64,000 bases of DNA, taken from positions 4,836,001-4,900,000 of the forward strand of contig OZ024759.1 in the NCBI GenBank assembly GCA_964016885.1, given 5' to 3'. The position numbers and the translations under genes were made by a program. The notes beneath the pieces were generated by a model that did no database searches, was not told where the DNA came from, and was given only the letters and a program-made list of their open reading frames with translations. Below, in pieces: positions 37,050 to 49,747 of the stretch. Every line of letters starts with the position of its first letter. Within the stretch, counting starts at the first letter, position 1. The DNA comes from Eledone cirrhosa. Lineage: Eukaryota.

Positions 37050-37229
37050 TATAAATAATTACAACAGTGACATAAACAGGTACTCAAGTTTGAATGGGTT
37101 CTGGGCCCCAATTTCTTCAGCCTGTCATGAGATGTTTTCCATTTTCCTCATGACAGGCTGAAGAAATTTGGGGCCGAGAACCCAACGAAACTTGAGTACC
37201 TGTTTATGTCACTGTTGTAATTATTTATA
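37050..37229. repeat. Inverted repeat (~80-bp arms, ~15-nt spacer)
   Basis: TATAAATAATTACAACAGTGACATAAACAGGTACTCAAGTTT... is mirrored by ...AAACTTGAGTACCTGTTTATGTCACTGTTGTAATTATTTATA. Confidence 0.92.
37153..37203 (+). ncRNA. Candidate minimal type I hammerhead ribozyme
   Basis: ACAGG-CTGAAGA-aat-TTGGG(gccgagaa)CCCAA-c-GAA-AC(ttga)GT-A-CCTGT. Confidence 0.5.
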
Positions 37230-37231
37230 TC

Positions 37232-37270
<39 letters not shown>

Positions 37271-37378
37271 AATTAATTAAATTAAATTAAATTAGATTAA
37301 GGGAGTCATGTCCAAGACATGCGCCATATCCACCGAAGAATAAGCTCAAAGATTTCAATGAATAGATCCGAGCAGTTT

Positions 37379-37704
37379 ATATCAACTAGAAATAGATTGA
37401 CATATATATATATTTAAAATAAACACATGAAACAATCACAGGGGATAATTTGTAAAGTGTGTAATCACACATAGCTAGGTAGGTAACTAATTAAAGTTTA
37501 ACTAGAGCTTCAAATATTTCCTTTTTAAAAAATTAATCATTTTTTTATTATTTTTTAAAAAGGTAATATTTGAAGCTCTAGTTAAACTTTAATTAGTTAC
37601 CTACCTAGCTATGTGTGATTACACACTTTACAAATTATCCCCTGTCATTGTTTCATGTGTTTATTTTAAATATATATCTATGTCAATCTATTTCTAGTTG
37701 ATAT
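37379..37704. repeat. Near-perfect long palindrome (~155-bp arms)
   Basis: ATATCAACTAGAAATAGATTGACAT... / ...ATGTCAATCTATTTCTAGTTGATAT with a short AT spacer near 37535-37548. Confidence 0.92.
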
Positions 37705-38261
37705 ATATATATATATATATCCAGGGAGTGTAACATGAAGTTACTGTAGGTTCACCCAGGTGAGCACTCAATCTTTAGATTCTCGTCCGTCATTACAACA
37801 GCAGAGGTCCGACGACCTTTTGATTCCTCAGTCTGGCTAGATCAATACTGATCAAACTTTGAGCTGAGCAATAGCAAAACGTGCATCACCAATCAATAAA
37901 CGTAATGAAGGCTTAACAAATCGTCATTGTATTATTATTATTATACACACACACACACATATATATGTATATATAAATATATATATATTTATATATATAT
38001 CACAGAAAAAAAGATAGGAAAATCTGCTTCATAGAATCAAGACGTATCTGAGGACCTTGCGATTTTCAAAGTCAGGTTTGATCATCACATCGATCGTGCC
38101 TCGAGCTGGTCGCCAGAGAAACAATTGTAATATGTCCAATAAATTCCATTCGTCGCAACACTGATTCCCTTTTTTTCTGTGATATCATATTCTGCTCTAT
38201 GAGAGCATTGAGTGCTCAAATGGCCTACCTCATACGGACACTTTAAGCATCCAACACCAAT

Positions 38262-38293
<32 letters not shown>

Positions 38294-38340
38294 TATATAT
38301 ATACACACCCACACACATATATATATATACACATATGTAT

Positions 38341-38377
<37 letters not shown>

Positions 38378-38380
<3 letters not shown>

Positions 38381-39635
38381 CATCATCATCAGGTCGAGCT
38401 TGCTCGGCCTTCTACGACACGTTTCCTCCATCCATCTCTGTCTCTCATAGCGTTTGCCAGTTCTTCCACAGTGCATCTAGTATCGTCCTCAAGTTGCTTG
38501 ACGTATGTCTTCTTGGGACGACCAGCGTTTCTTGCTCCAAGAGATGGACTCCATAACAACACATCACCTGCTATTTCTTCCTTGCTGCGCCAACAGTGGC
38601 CAGCAAATCTGAGTATCTGTCCACATATTGACCTCCTGATAGGTGGTATATTGCCATAGAGATCCTTATTTGTTGGGTGTTCCCTCCAAGACACATTTAA
38701 AGCAGCGTGGGGCATACGTGTGTATGCCCCGTCTAGCTTTTTCTCCAGTTTTGACGTTAGCGTCCAAGTGATAGAGCCATAAACAAGCACAGATTCCACA
38801 GCAGCTCTGAAGAAATTCCTTTTCAGTTTGACCAGCAGGTTTGATTTCTATATCTTCTCCATTGCATTCAATGCTCCCCGGGCTTTTCCCAGTCTGATGT
38901 TAACATCATGTTCTGTGGAGATGATATAGCTACCCAGGTATTTGAAGTCGTCAACTTGCTTGATTATATCACCGTTTAGACTTCGCATACCAACTGAGGA
39001 GTCTTGGTTCAGGCAAATATATTCTGTTTTGCCTGTCTTGACATAGAGTTGGATTTCCTTTGCAACTGATTCGATGCTGTGAAGTAGTGATGTTGCATCC
39101 TTAAGGTAGTCAGCGAGGACCGCTAAATCATCCACATAGTCAGCATCGGTGATTTTCTGAGCTGCATGGCGTCTACACTTTCGTTTTGTGAGAGTGAAAC
39201 CAAGCTCTAAGTTTTCGTCCAGGGCTTTTCTCAATACATAGTCGAGGCAGATGATAAAAATGTATGGTGCAAGTGTATCCCCTTGGAGTACTCCTGCAAT
39301 GATGTCAAAGAAGTTGGTATCTCCATCAGGTGAGCGCACCATTGCGCAGGTGTTTTTATATAACATCATGATGGCATTTACTGTTTCCCTTGGCAAGCCG
39401 TAGGCTAGAAGTATCTCTCTCATCCTCCCACGATGGATGGAATCGAATGCTTTTGAAAAGTCAATAAACAGGAGAGTTGCTGGGAGGTTTGGGCTTTTAC
39501 ACCTTCCAAGATACGCCGAATAGTAAGTATTTGCCCTGATGTTGATCTGTTGGTGCGGAAGCCCTTTTGGTTTTTTCTCAGCAAGGGGTCAATGACAGGT
39601 CTTATTCTGTCAAACAGCATGAGATTGTATATCTT
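38378..39635 (-). mobile_element. 5'-truncated RTE-like LINE (RT region, second family)
   Basis: LRKNQKGFR, GVLQGDTLAPYIFIICLDYVLR, DYVDDLA, FKYLGS, LRFAGHCWR, GRPKKTY; (GAT)n tail; sits between (TA/CA)n tracts. Confidence 0.92.
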
Positions 39636-39730
39636 TGCGTGTGTGTATATATATACACACACGCACACATATATATGTATATACACACACACATATATAT
39701 ATACTGTAATATACATCATAATATACATAC

Positions 39731-39864
39731 CGTGGTGACAGTCAGGTCCCTGGTAACTGGGTTGACAACCTCCACTGGAACACACACCTGTGATGAAGTT
39801 GTGGTGACATCAGCACAGTGGCAGGTTTCTTTACAGTTGAGGCCGTAGTTACCTTGACGACACT
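39731..39864 (-). pseudogene. Exon G, frameshifted EGF-like exon (134 nt)
   Basis: CRQGNYGLNCKETCHCADVT/NFITGVCSSGGCQPSYQGPDCHH; 4 nt short of 138, 5th Cys missing, weak GAG acceptor, gtatgt donor. Confidence 0.75.
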
Positions 39865-39884
39865 CTCAAATATTGGACATTATG

Positions 39885-40232
39885 TACCAACATCACCATC
39901 ACCACCATCAACATCACCATCACCACCACCATTGTCCTCCTCACCACCACCACCAACATCACCACCATCACCATCACCACCACCACCAACATCACCACCA
40001 CCATCAACATCACCATCATCACCATCAACATCACCACCATCACCACCATCATCATCACCACCATCATTATCACCATCACCATCATGACCACCACCACCAT
40101 CAACATTATCACCATCATCACCATCACTACCACCATCATCAGCATCATTCTTATCACCATCACCACCATCACCATTGTCCTCCTCATCACCACCACCACC
40201 ACCACCACCACCATCATCATCACCACCACCAT
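39885..40232. repeat. (CAC/CAT)n trinucleotide tract
   Basis: Direct reading. Confidence 0.95.
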
Positions 40233-42570
40233 CTGGGAGATCAAAAATACTGTTGTGGTCCCATTCCATTACTTCACCAATCTTGTAGACCCTAAATATT
40301 GTAATGGTCACTGTCCCTTCTCTTCCACCAACCTGAGAGACCCTAAATACTGTTGTGGTCCATGTCCCTTCTCTTCCACCAATCTGGGAGTCACTAAATA
40401 CTGTCATGGTTCCTGTTCCTCCCTCCAGTAATCTTGGAGACCCTAAATACTGTTGTAGTACCTTCCCATTCCTTCCACTAATTTTGGAGACCCTAAATAT
40501 TGCAATGGTTACTGTCCCTTCCTTCCTTTCATTCAATCTAGTGGATCCTAAATACTGTTCTGGTCCCTGTTCCTTCTCTTCCACCAATCAGTGAGTCCCT
40601 AAATACTGTCATGGTTCCTGTCCCTTACTTCTCTTCCACCAATCAGTGAGTCCCTTAATACTGCCGTAGACCCTGTCTCTTCTCTTCCACCAATCAGTGA
40701 GTCCCTTAATACTGTTGTGGTCCCTGTCTCTTCTCTTCCACCAATCAGTGAGTCCCTTAATACTGTTGTGGTCCCTGTCTCTTCTCTTCCACCAATCAGT
40801 GAGTCCCTTAATACTGTTGTGGTCCCTGTCTCTTCTCTTCCACCAATCAGTGAGTCCCTAAATACTATCATGGTCCCTGTCTCTTCTCTTCCACCAATCA
40901 GTGAGTCCCTAAATACTGTCATGGTCCCTGTCTCTTCTCTTCCACCAATCAGTGAGTCCCTAAATACTATCATGGTCTCTGTCTCTTCTCTTCCACCAAT
41001 CAGTGAGTCCCTTAATACTGTCGTGGTCCCTGTCTCTTCTCTTCTACCAATCAGTGAGTCTCTTAATATTGTCGTGGTCCCTGTCTCTTCTCTTCCACCA
41101 ATCAGTGAGTCCCTAAATACTGTCGTGGTCCCTGTCTCTTCTCTTCCACCAATCAGTGAGTCCCTTAATACTGTCGTGGTCCCTGTTTCTTCTCTTCCAC
41201 CAATCAGTGAGTCCCTAAATACTGTCGTGGTCCCTGTCTCTTCTCTTCCACCAATCAGTGAGTCCCTTAATACTGTTGTGGTCCCTGTCTCTTCTCTTCC
41301 ACCAATCAGTGAGTCACTAAATACTGTCGTGGTCCCTGTCTCTTCTCTTCCACCAATCAGTGAGTCCCTTAATACTGTCGTGGTCCCTGTCTCTTCTCTT
41401 CCACCAATCAGTGAGTCCCTAAATACTGTCGTGGTCCCTGTCTCTTCTCTTCCACCAATCAGTGAGTCCCTTAATACTGTCGTGATCCCTGTCTCTTCTC
41501 TTCCACCAATCAGTGAGTCCCTTAATACTGTCGTGGTCCCTGTCTCTTCTCTTCCACCAATCAGTGAGTCCCTTAATACTGTCGTGGTCCCTGTCTCTTC
41601 TCTTCCACCAATCAGTGAGTCACTAAATACTGTCGTGGTCCCTGACTCTTCTCTTCCACCAATCAGTGAGTCCCTAAATACTATCATGGTCCTTGTCTCT
41701 TCTCTTCCACCAATCAGTGAGTCCCTTAATACTGTTGTGGTCCCTGTCTCTTCTCTTCCACCAATCAGTGAGTCCCTTAATACTGTCGTGGTCCCTGTCT
41801 CTTCTCTTCCACCAATCAGTGAGTCCCTAAATACTATCATAGTCCCTGTCACTTCTCTTCCACCAATCAGTGAGTCCCTAAATACTATCATGGTCCCTGT
41901 CTCTTCTCTTCCACCAATCAGTGAGACCCTAAATACTGTCGTGGTCCCTGTCTCTTCTCTTCCACAAATCAGTGAGTCCCTTAATACTGTCGTTGTCCCT
42001 GTCTCTTCTCTTCCACCAATCAGTGAGTCCCTTAATACTGTCGTGGTCCCTGTCTCTTCTCTTCCACCAATCAGTCAGTCCCTTAATACTGTCGTGGTCC
42101 CTGTCTCTTCTCTTCCACCAATCAGTGAGTCCCATAATACTGTCGTGGTCCCTGTCTCTTCTCTTCCACCAATCAGTGAGTCCCTTAATACTGTCGTGGT
42201 CCCTGTCTCTTCTCTTCCACCAATCAGTGAGTCCCTAAATACTATCATGGTCCCTGTCTCTTCTCTTCCACCAATCAGTGAGTCCCTAAATACTGTTGAG
42301 TTCCCTGTCTCTTCTCTTCCACCATTCAGTGAGTCCCTAAATACTGTCGTGGTCCCTGTCTCTTCTCTTCCACCAATCAGTGAGTCCCTAAATACTGTCG
42401 TGGTCCCTGTCTCTTCTCTTCCACCAATCAGTGAGTCCCTAAATACTGTCGTGGTCCCTGTCTCTTCTCTTCCACCAATCAGTGAGTCCCTAAATACTAT
42501 CATGGTCCCTGTCTCTTCTCTTCCACCAATCAGTGAGTCCCTAAATACTATCATGGTCCCTGTCCCTTCC
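40232..42570. repeat. 51-bp minisatellite (homogeneous 40560-42560, degenerate 40232-40560)
   Basis: Unit CCCTGTCTCTTCTCTTCCACCAATCAGTGAGTCCCTTAATACTGTCGTGGT. Confidence 0.96.
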
Positions 42571-42601
42571 CTCTCTAAAGGGTAAACAGATAAAAACTTA
42601 C

Positions 42602-42739
42602 TTGACTGGCAGCTGTGTCCCCTGTAAGCAGGTGAGCACCTTCCATTGATGCAGATACCATTGTCAGAGTAACATTTGCCATTATTCAGACAGTGGCACT
42701 TCTTAACACAGTTGACACCAAACATGCCATGGGCACATC
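42602..42739 (-). CDS. Exon F (138 nt), EGF-like repeat 2
   Basis: ttttctcag / gtaagt; GCAHGMFGVNCVKKCHCLNNGKCYSDNGICINGRCSPAYRGHSCQS. Confidence 0.9.
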
Positions 42740-42767
42740 CTGAGAAAACAACTTCAATATGTAATTA

Positions 42768-43137
42768 CTGTATTTCCTGACGCCGAAGACACTTCGTCCT
42801 CGAGGACACACCCTAATTCTGACAACCAAAAATTTGAAAAAAAATAATTGTTTCTACTTTTGGCACAAGGCCAGCAATTATCCCAGTGTATTACTGGTAC
42901 TTTATTTTATCCACCCCGTAAGGATGAAAGGCCAAGTTAACCTCGGCGGGATTTGAACTCAGAATGGCAAGTGCTGTAACTCTATGCGTCAAAGCATGGC
43001 GTCCGACCCTCTACCGATACTGCCAATTCACCGCCCTTTGAAGAAAAATAATAAACAACTTTCGGCCTCCAGGATGCATGGTAGATTTTTGAGACTTATT
43101 TTAGTAAAAGTAGCGTCTTTGACGCCGGGAAATACGG
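42768..43137. mobile_element. Tc1/mariner-type MITE with nested SINE
   Basis: TIRs (TA)CTGTATTTCCTGACG / CGCCGGGAAATACGG. Confidence 0.6.
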
Positions 43138-43309
43138 TGAGTTTAATTAATTTAAATTTCAGAGTTGTTATCTTTCATCCTTTGAGTGTATCCCATTTAC
43201 AATAGTAACTCTATAACCCTGCATGTTGTAGAAAGAGCCTAAAATAGTTTGGCATCAAGAAGGGCATCCAGCAGCAAAATAATGCCTCAATACTATATAT
43301 CATCATCAT

Positions 43310-43680
43310 CATTGGATGCGCAATGTCAATGTGCATGAATGAGCAAGCATAGACGAGTTGAGAAAGAAATTGTGTATAATAGGGATAAGCTGTAGTGTGT
43401 GGGAGAGAAGACTGCGTTGGTATAGACATATGATGTGCATGGAGGATGACTGCTGGGTAAAGAAGTGCCAAGAAATCCCAGTAGAAAGAAGATGCAGTAG
43501 AGGAAGACCACGAAAATCATGGACGAAGGTGGTGAGATCTGACCTCAGATTGCTGAAGCTCATGGAGGAGATGACGAAAGACTGTGATGAATGGAGAGAT
43601 GCTGTGCTGTATAGGACCCATCCCACCCTTGCAAGCAGGGAAAAGCGGACGTAAAATGATGATGATGATCATCATCATGG
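43310..43680 (+). mobile_element. RTE LINE 3' fragment
   Basis: ERRLRWYRHMM...GRPRKSW...RSDL; (GAT)n tail. Confidence 0.85.
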
Positions 43681-44745
43681 TTATCATCATCATCATCATC
43701 ATTGTTTAACATCCATCTTCCACACTAGTCTGGATTAGATGGTTTTGTTCCACTTGAGGTGAGATTGGTCTGGAGACCGTGTCTTGCTTGTACAGAACTG
43801 TCTTTGGTAGGTTTTTTACCCCTGGAGGCCCTTCCTAACACCAACCACATTTACAGTGTACATCTTCTGTTTATTACATAATTCTGTTATACGTATTTCG
43901 AAGATGTCAGAGTGGTTGCATAACTTTCTGACATGTTCTCTTCAGACAAGTTGAAATTTGTGTTCTTTTATTTTGTTTTTGATATGCTACCAAGGAGTGG
44001 GGGTTAGAGTTGTGTTTGCATTCCTGTCCAGTTGTTATATGGTTTGGATGGCTATTCTAGTAGGCAGATATAAAGCAGGAGGTGCTATTGTTGCTGACAT
44101 ACTAGGGATGCTAAGTAGGTTAAGGTATCAAATTACCAGAGGGGTAAGTCATCACCCCACCCCCCGTTCATATATGTTAAAGAATTTGTTCGAATAATCT
44201 ACTTATTTTTTTATTTATTTGAACTTTGTTTATTTGTTTGAACTACATAGCTATATATCCAGGCTGTGTATTATTAGAGAAGGTGATTCTTGTGTAACTA
44301 TGTAAGGATGCATTAAATGTATAGATTTAGTCATTATGTTCAGCTCTAGGTGGAAGTTAGCATGGAACGTGTTAACTATCTAATCTAAGGAAAGTTTTAG
44401 ATATTTTATGCATACAAGTATTAACTCTTTAGCATTTACATTACTCTGTAATGTATTTTCTCTGTAAAGTCTTTACCTCACATAATAATCTCACATAATA
44501 TCAAATCCACAAGATTTTGATATTATTTATTTTGAGAACAATACCTTAACAAAAGTATGAGCAGCCAGTTACGGCTGGTTTGAACAGAAAAAGCACCACC
44601 TACACTCCACTCCTACTATAACCATGACAGCCACCTCCACTCCACCACCACCTACACTCCACTCCCACTATAACCACGACAGCCACCAACACTCCCCTCC
44701 CACTATAACCATGACAACCACCTACACTCCACCACCACCACTCAC

Positions 44746-44880
44746 CTTTACAAGTGTTATTCACATCAATATATCCATCTTTACATCCAGTCACACATTT
44801 GCCAGTCAATTGATCACATGTCTTTCTGCAGTTGTTGCACTCTTCTTTACAATTTCTTCCATAGAATCCAGGGAGACATT
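44746..44880 (-). CDS. Exon E (135 nt), EGF-like repeat 1 of array
   Basis: tttctag / gtgagt; CLPGFYGRNCKEECNNCRKTCDQLTGKCVTGCKDGYIDVNNTCK. Confidence 0.9.
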
Positions 44881-45335
44881 CTAGAAAGACAAACAATCTT
44901 AGTCATTATTTCAATCTAGGGCAGTGGATTGGCAGAATCGGTGGAGCATCGAACACCATGCTTTGCGGCATAAAGTTATGGCCCTTTATGATCTGAGTTC
45001 AAATCGCGCCGAGGTTAACTTTGCTTTTCATCCTTACGGGGTCTTGTGCCTATATAAGGAACCATTATTTTAATCAAGGGCGGTGGATTGGCAGTATCGT
45101 TAGAGTGTCGAACACCATGCTTTGCGGTATTGAGTTACGACCCTTTCCATTCTGAGTTCAAAACCCGCCAAAGTTAGCTTGGCCTTTCATCCTTACGGGG
45201 TCGATAAAATAAAGTACCAGTCACACACTGGGGTCATTTAAATCGACTTTCCCCCTTCCCTTCAAATTGCTGGCCTTGTGCCAACAGTAGAAACAATTAT
45301 TTCAATCTGCACTTTGACAATGCTGTTTATTTTAA

Positions 45336-45990
45336 CCCTTTAGCATTTACATTACCCTGTATTTACTATTGTATTTTCATGGTAAAGGCTTTACCTCACA
45401 TAATTATCTCACATAACATTTACATTACTCTGTATTTACTATTGTATTTTCATGGTAAAGGCTTTACCTCACATAATTATCTCACATAACATTTACATTA
45501 CCCTGTGTTTACTATTGTATTTTCATGGTAAAGGCTTTACCTCACATAATTATCTCACATAACATTTACATTACTCTGTATTTACTATTGTATTTTCATG
45601 GTAAAGGCTTTACCTCACATAATTATTTCACATAACATTTACATTACCCTGTATTTACTATTGTATTTTCATGGTAAAGGCTTTACCTCACATAATTATC
45701 TCACATAACATTTACATTACTCTGTATTTACTATTGTATTTTCATGGTAAAGGCTTTACCTTACATAATTATCTCACATAATATTTACATTACCCTGTAT
45801 TTACTATTGTATTTTCATGGTAAAGGCTTTACCTCACATAATTATCTCACATAATATTGAATCTACGAAATTTTAATATTATTTATTTTGAGAAGAAAAC
45901 CTTAACATCAGTATGAGTGGCCAGTTGCAGCTGATTTGAACAGAGGTTAGAGAATTCTGGCCGGATATGGCCAGTTTAAATGCTAAAGGG
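45336..45990. mobile_element. piggyBac-like TTAA-MITE with internal ~73-bp tandem expansion
   Basis: TTAA-CCCTTTAGCATTTA ... TAAATGCTAAAGGG-TTAA. Confidence 0.85.
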
Positions 45991-47663
45991 TTAAACTGTT
46001 TACATTCCATTATAATTTCATGTAAGAACCTTTGTTAAGTTATATTCCAAACCACCTGAAACTGCTCCAGGTTCTATGCTACAAAATTGTTTATTCCAAA
46101 GCCTTTATATTATCTAAAAATCTTCCATCTAATTTCATGTAAGAACCTTTGTTAAGTTACATTCCAAACCACCTGAAACTGCCCTTATTCCACTTTAAGT
46201 TTACGGTTCATTTCTTTTTCATTTAGAATTGTCTCCTGCAAGAACATAGATGAAAATGGATGAAAATGCACAAAAATTCAAACTGGTTATAATCAACAAG
46301 TAAAATCTTTTTCATTTTTTTTTTTTTGGCATGGCATTGGAAAAGCATCACACTGTCTAAAAAAGTCTGTCTTAAACCATAAGGCTTGTTAGGCCAATGC
46401 TTATCTCGGTTTCATGGCATGAAGCAACTTGAAGTACAAGACACCTTGCTGTGAAGGCACATGGCTTAGTGGTTAGAGCATTGGGCTTGCAATTGAAAGG
46501 TTGTGAGTTCAATTCTCGGACCAGGTGATGTGTTGTTTCCTTGAGCAAGACACTTTATTTCACATTGCTCCAGTTTACTCAGCTGTAGAAATGAAATGAT
46601 AGGACTGGGGTCCCTATCATTAAATTACCCTAGACACCTCCAACGAGATATACCTTGGAGGAGGCCAGCTAAACCTGCATATGTGTGAGCTGTAACAACA
46701 ACAACCTCGCTGGACAGGACACCAGTCCATCACAGTGTTAAACCTCCAGCTATTACAGGTACTCATTTTCAGCTATATAATACAATATATTTTTCGTTAG
46801 GCTGGTGCTTATCTCTGTTTCATGGCGTGAAGCGACTGGGAGTACAAGATTCCCCCCTGGACAGGACACCAGTCCATCACAGGGTTAAACCTCCAGCTAT
46901 TACTGGTACTCATTTTCAGCTGAGTATACTGGAGCAATGTGAAGTGAAGTGTTTTGCTCAAGAACACAACATGTAACCCAGCTCAGGAATCGAACCCATG
47001 ACATTATGATTCTATGTCCAACACCCTTACCACTAGGCAATGCACCAAACTGTGCAACTCCTAAATATTTTTGTATCTCCTCGTGTTTGTGTTTTTGTAG
47101 TTTTTATGTCAAATGAATTCAGAGCATAATCGACATGAGATGATTTCAACTAAAACCTGTTTCCCTATAAATATGAAACACCCTAATATATATGTATATA
47201 TGTTAAAGGTATATTATAAAGAGAAAGGACCTGCTGGCTGAGCTCTTGCTCTTTATAAAATAGCCATGCTCTACTACTGTGGGCTTTGTGTTGTGTTCTT
47301 GAGCAAGACACTTTATTTCACGTTGCTCCAGATCACTCAGCTGTGGAAATGGGTTGCGATGTCACTGGTGCCAAGCTGTATCGGCCATTGCCTTTCCCTT
47401 GGACAATATCAGTGGCATAGAGAGGGGAGGCTGTTATGCATGGGCTACTGCTGGTCTTCTACAAAACAACCTTGCCCAGACTTGTGCCTTGGAGGGGAAC
47501 TTTCTAGACTCAAATTCTATGGACATTCGTGACCGAAGGATCTCTTTACCTTTTACCCTTACTAACCCATGTATCGAATACTCTGTTCAGTAATGGTCTA
47601 ACTAGTTTTAAACTGGTTCTATCCTGATTTATGTTAAAGGTATAAAGGTATCTATATACTTAC

Positions 47664-47864
47664 GAAAGACCTCCACTTCACACATGCTAAGGCTAGGTCC
47701 TGACAGCAGAATTATTGTGATTTTGTTGCCCTTAACAGGACTAGAACATTGCACATCAATAACTTTTGTCTTCTCTAGATTGGAAATCTTCTTACATATT
47801 CTGTGTTTTTTGTCATTTGATACCAACACTATTATTGAGAATTTATTTTGTGCTGCAGAAAAAC
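47664..47864 (-). CDS. Exon D (201 nt), C-terminal part of F-type lectin domain
   Basis: ttcttaccag / gtaagt; ...ICKKISNLEKTKVIDVQCSSPVKGNKITIILLSGPSLSMCEVEVF ends in the FTP L-x-CEVEVF motif; a second in-frame acceptor lies 12 nt downstream. Confidence 0.88.
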
Positions 47865-48093
47865 CTGGTAAGAAAGTTAAAACAAAAAACAAATAGCAAT
47901 GGTATTTGGTGGTGGTGGTGGTGGTGGTGAGGAGGAGGGAGGTTTGGGTAAAGTTTAGTCAAAAAGTGATTGGCAAACATGGGCTTGGACCAGTGCAAGA
48001 TTTAGGGCACATGAAGCCCTGTGCTAGTTATGTTATGAGGCCTCTTACTCGTAAAAAATTCATCATAAAAAATTGTGCCAAATTTAGAATTAA

Positions 48094-49747
48094 CCGTTTA
48101 GCATTTAAACCGGTTATATTCGGCCAGAATTTTCTCAACTCTTTCTATTCAAACTGGCTGTAACTGGACACTCATACTTATATTAAGGTATTGTTCTCAA
48201 AATAAATAACATCAAAATCTCATAGATTCGATATTATGTGAGATAATTATGAGGGCGGTGGATTGGCAGTAACGGTAGAGGGTCGGACGCCATGCTTTGC
48301 CGCATGGAGTTACGGCCCTTTATGATTTTAGTTCAATCCCGCCGAGGTTAACTTTGCCTTTCATCCTTATGGGGTTGATAAAATAAAGTACCAGTCACTC
48401 ACTGGGGTCGATTTAATCGACGTTCCCCTACCCCAAAATTGCTGACCTTGTGCCTATATAAAAATCCCTTATGTGATATAATTATGAGGTAAAGCCTTTA
48501 CTGTGAAAATACAATAGTATATATAGAGTAATGTAAATGTTATGTGAGATATTATGTGAGGTAAAGCCTTTACTGTGAAAATACAATAGTATATATAGAG
48601 TAATGTAAATGTTATGTGAGATATTATGTGAGGTAAAGCCTTTACTGTGACAATACAATAGTATATATAGAGTAATGTAAATGTTATGTGAGATATTATG
48701 TGAGGTAAAGCCTTTACTGTGACAATACAATAGTATATATAGAGTAATGTAAATGTTATGTGAGGTAAAGCCTTTACTGTGTAAATACAATAGTATATAT
48801 AGAGTAATGTAAATGTTATGTGAGATATTATGTGAGGTAAAGCCTTTACTGTGACAATACAATAGTATATATAGAGTAATGTAAATGTTATGTGAGGTAT
48901 TATGTGAGGTAAAGCCTTTACTGTGACAAAACAATAGTATATATAGAGTAATGTAAATGTTATGTGAGGTAAAGCCTTTACTGTGTAAATACAATAGTAT
49001 ATATAGAGTAATGTAAATGTTATGTGAGATATTATGTGAGGTAAAGCCTTTACTGTGAAAATACAATAGTATATATAGAGTAATGTAAATGTTATGTGAA
49101 ATATTATGTGAGGTAAAGCCTTTACCACAAAAATACAATAGTATATATAGAGTCATGTAAATGTTATGTGAGGTATTATGTGAGGTAAAGCCTTTACTGT
49201 GAAAATACAATAGTATATATAGAGTAATGTAAATGTTATGTGAGATATTATGTGAGGTAAAGCCTTTACTGTGACAATACAATAGTATATATAGAGTAAT
49301 GTAAATGTTATGTGAGGTATTATGTGAGGTAAAGCCTTTACTGTGACAATACAATAGTATATATAGAGTAATGTAAATGTTATGTGAGATATTATGTAAG
49401 ATAAAGCCTTTACTGTGAAAATACAATAGTATATATAGAGTAATGTAAATGTTATGTGAGATATTATGTGAGGTAAAGCCTTTACTGTGACAATACAATA
49501 GTATATATAGAGTAATGTAAATGTTATGTGAGGTATTATGTGAGGTAAAGCCTTTACTGTGAAAATACAATAGTATATATAGAGTAATGTAAATGTTATG
49601 TGAGGTATTATGTGAAGTAAAGCCTTTACTGTGAAAATACAATAGTATATATAGAGTAATGTAAATGTTATGTAAGGTATTATGTGAAGTAAAGCCTTTA
49701 CTGTGAAAATACAATAGTATATATAGAGTCATGTAAATGCTAAAGAG
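48094..49747. mobile_element. TTAA-MITE (opposite orientation) with nested SINE and 72/60-bp tandem expansion (48470-49740)
   Basis: TTAA-CCGTTTAGCATTTA ... TAAATGCTAAAGAG-TTAA; tandem unit is the reverse-complement homolog of the 45345-45860 unit. Confidence 0.85.

Noticed and set aside
38040-38130. CTGAGGA motif as another hammerhead core
   Set aside because: Could not find a properly placed GAAA box with closing stems I and III.
39818-40587. His-rich and Gly/Asp-rich ORFs
   Set aside because: (CAC/CAT)n microsatellite.
40599-42725. 430-622 aa repetitive ORFs on both strands (mucin-like)
   Set aside because: Stop-free by chance because the unit is 51 bp; exon F has a strong donor at 42601 before the array.
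44918-45010. tRNA-like sequences (also ~10225, 23140, 30290, 46460, 52190)
   Set aside because: They continue into shared SINE bodies and lack complete cloverleafs, so they are SINE heads rather than tRNA genes.
48469-49732. 416-aa and 219-aa repetitive ORFs
   Set aside because: Translation of a 72-bp tandem array inside a TTAA-MITE.
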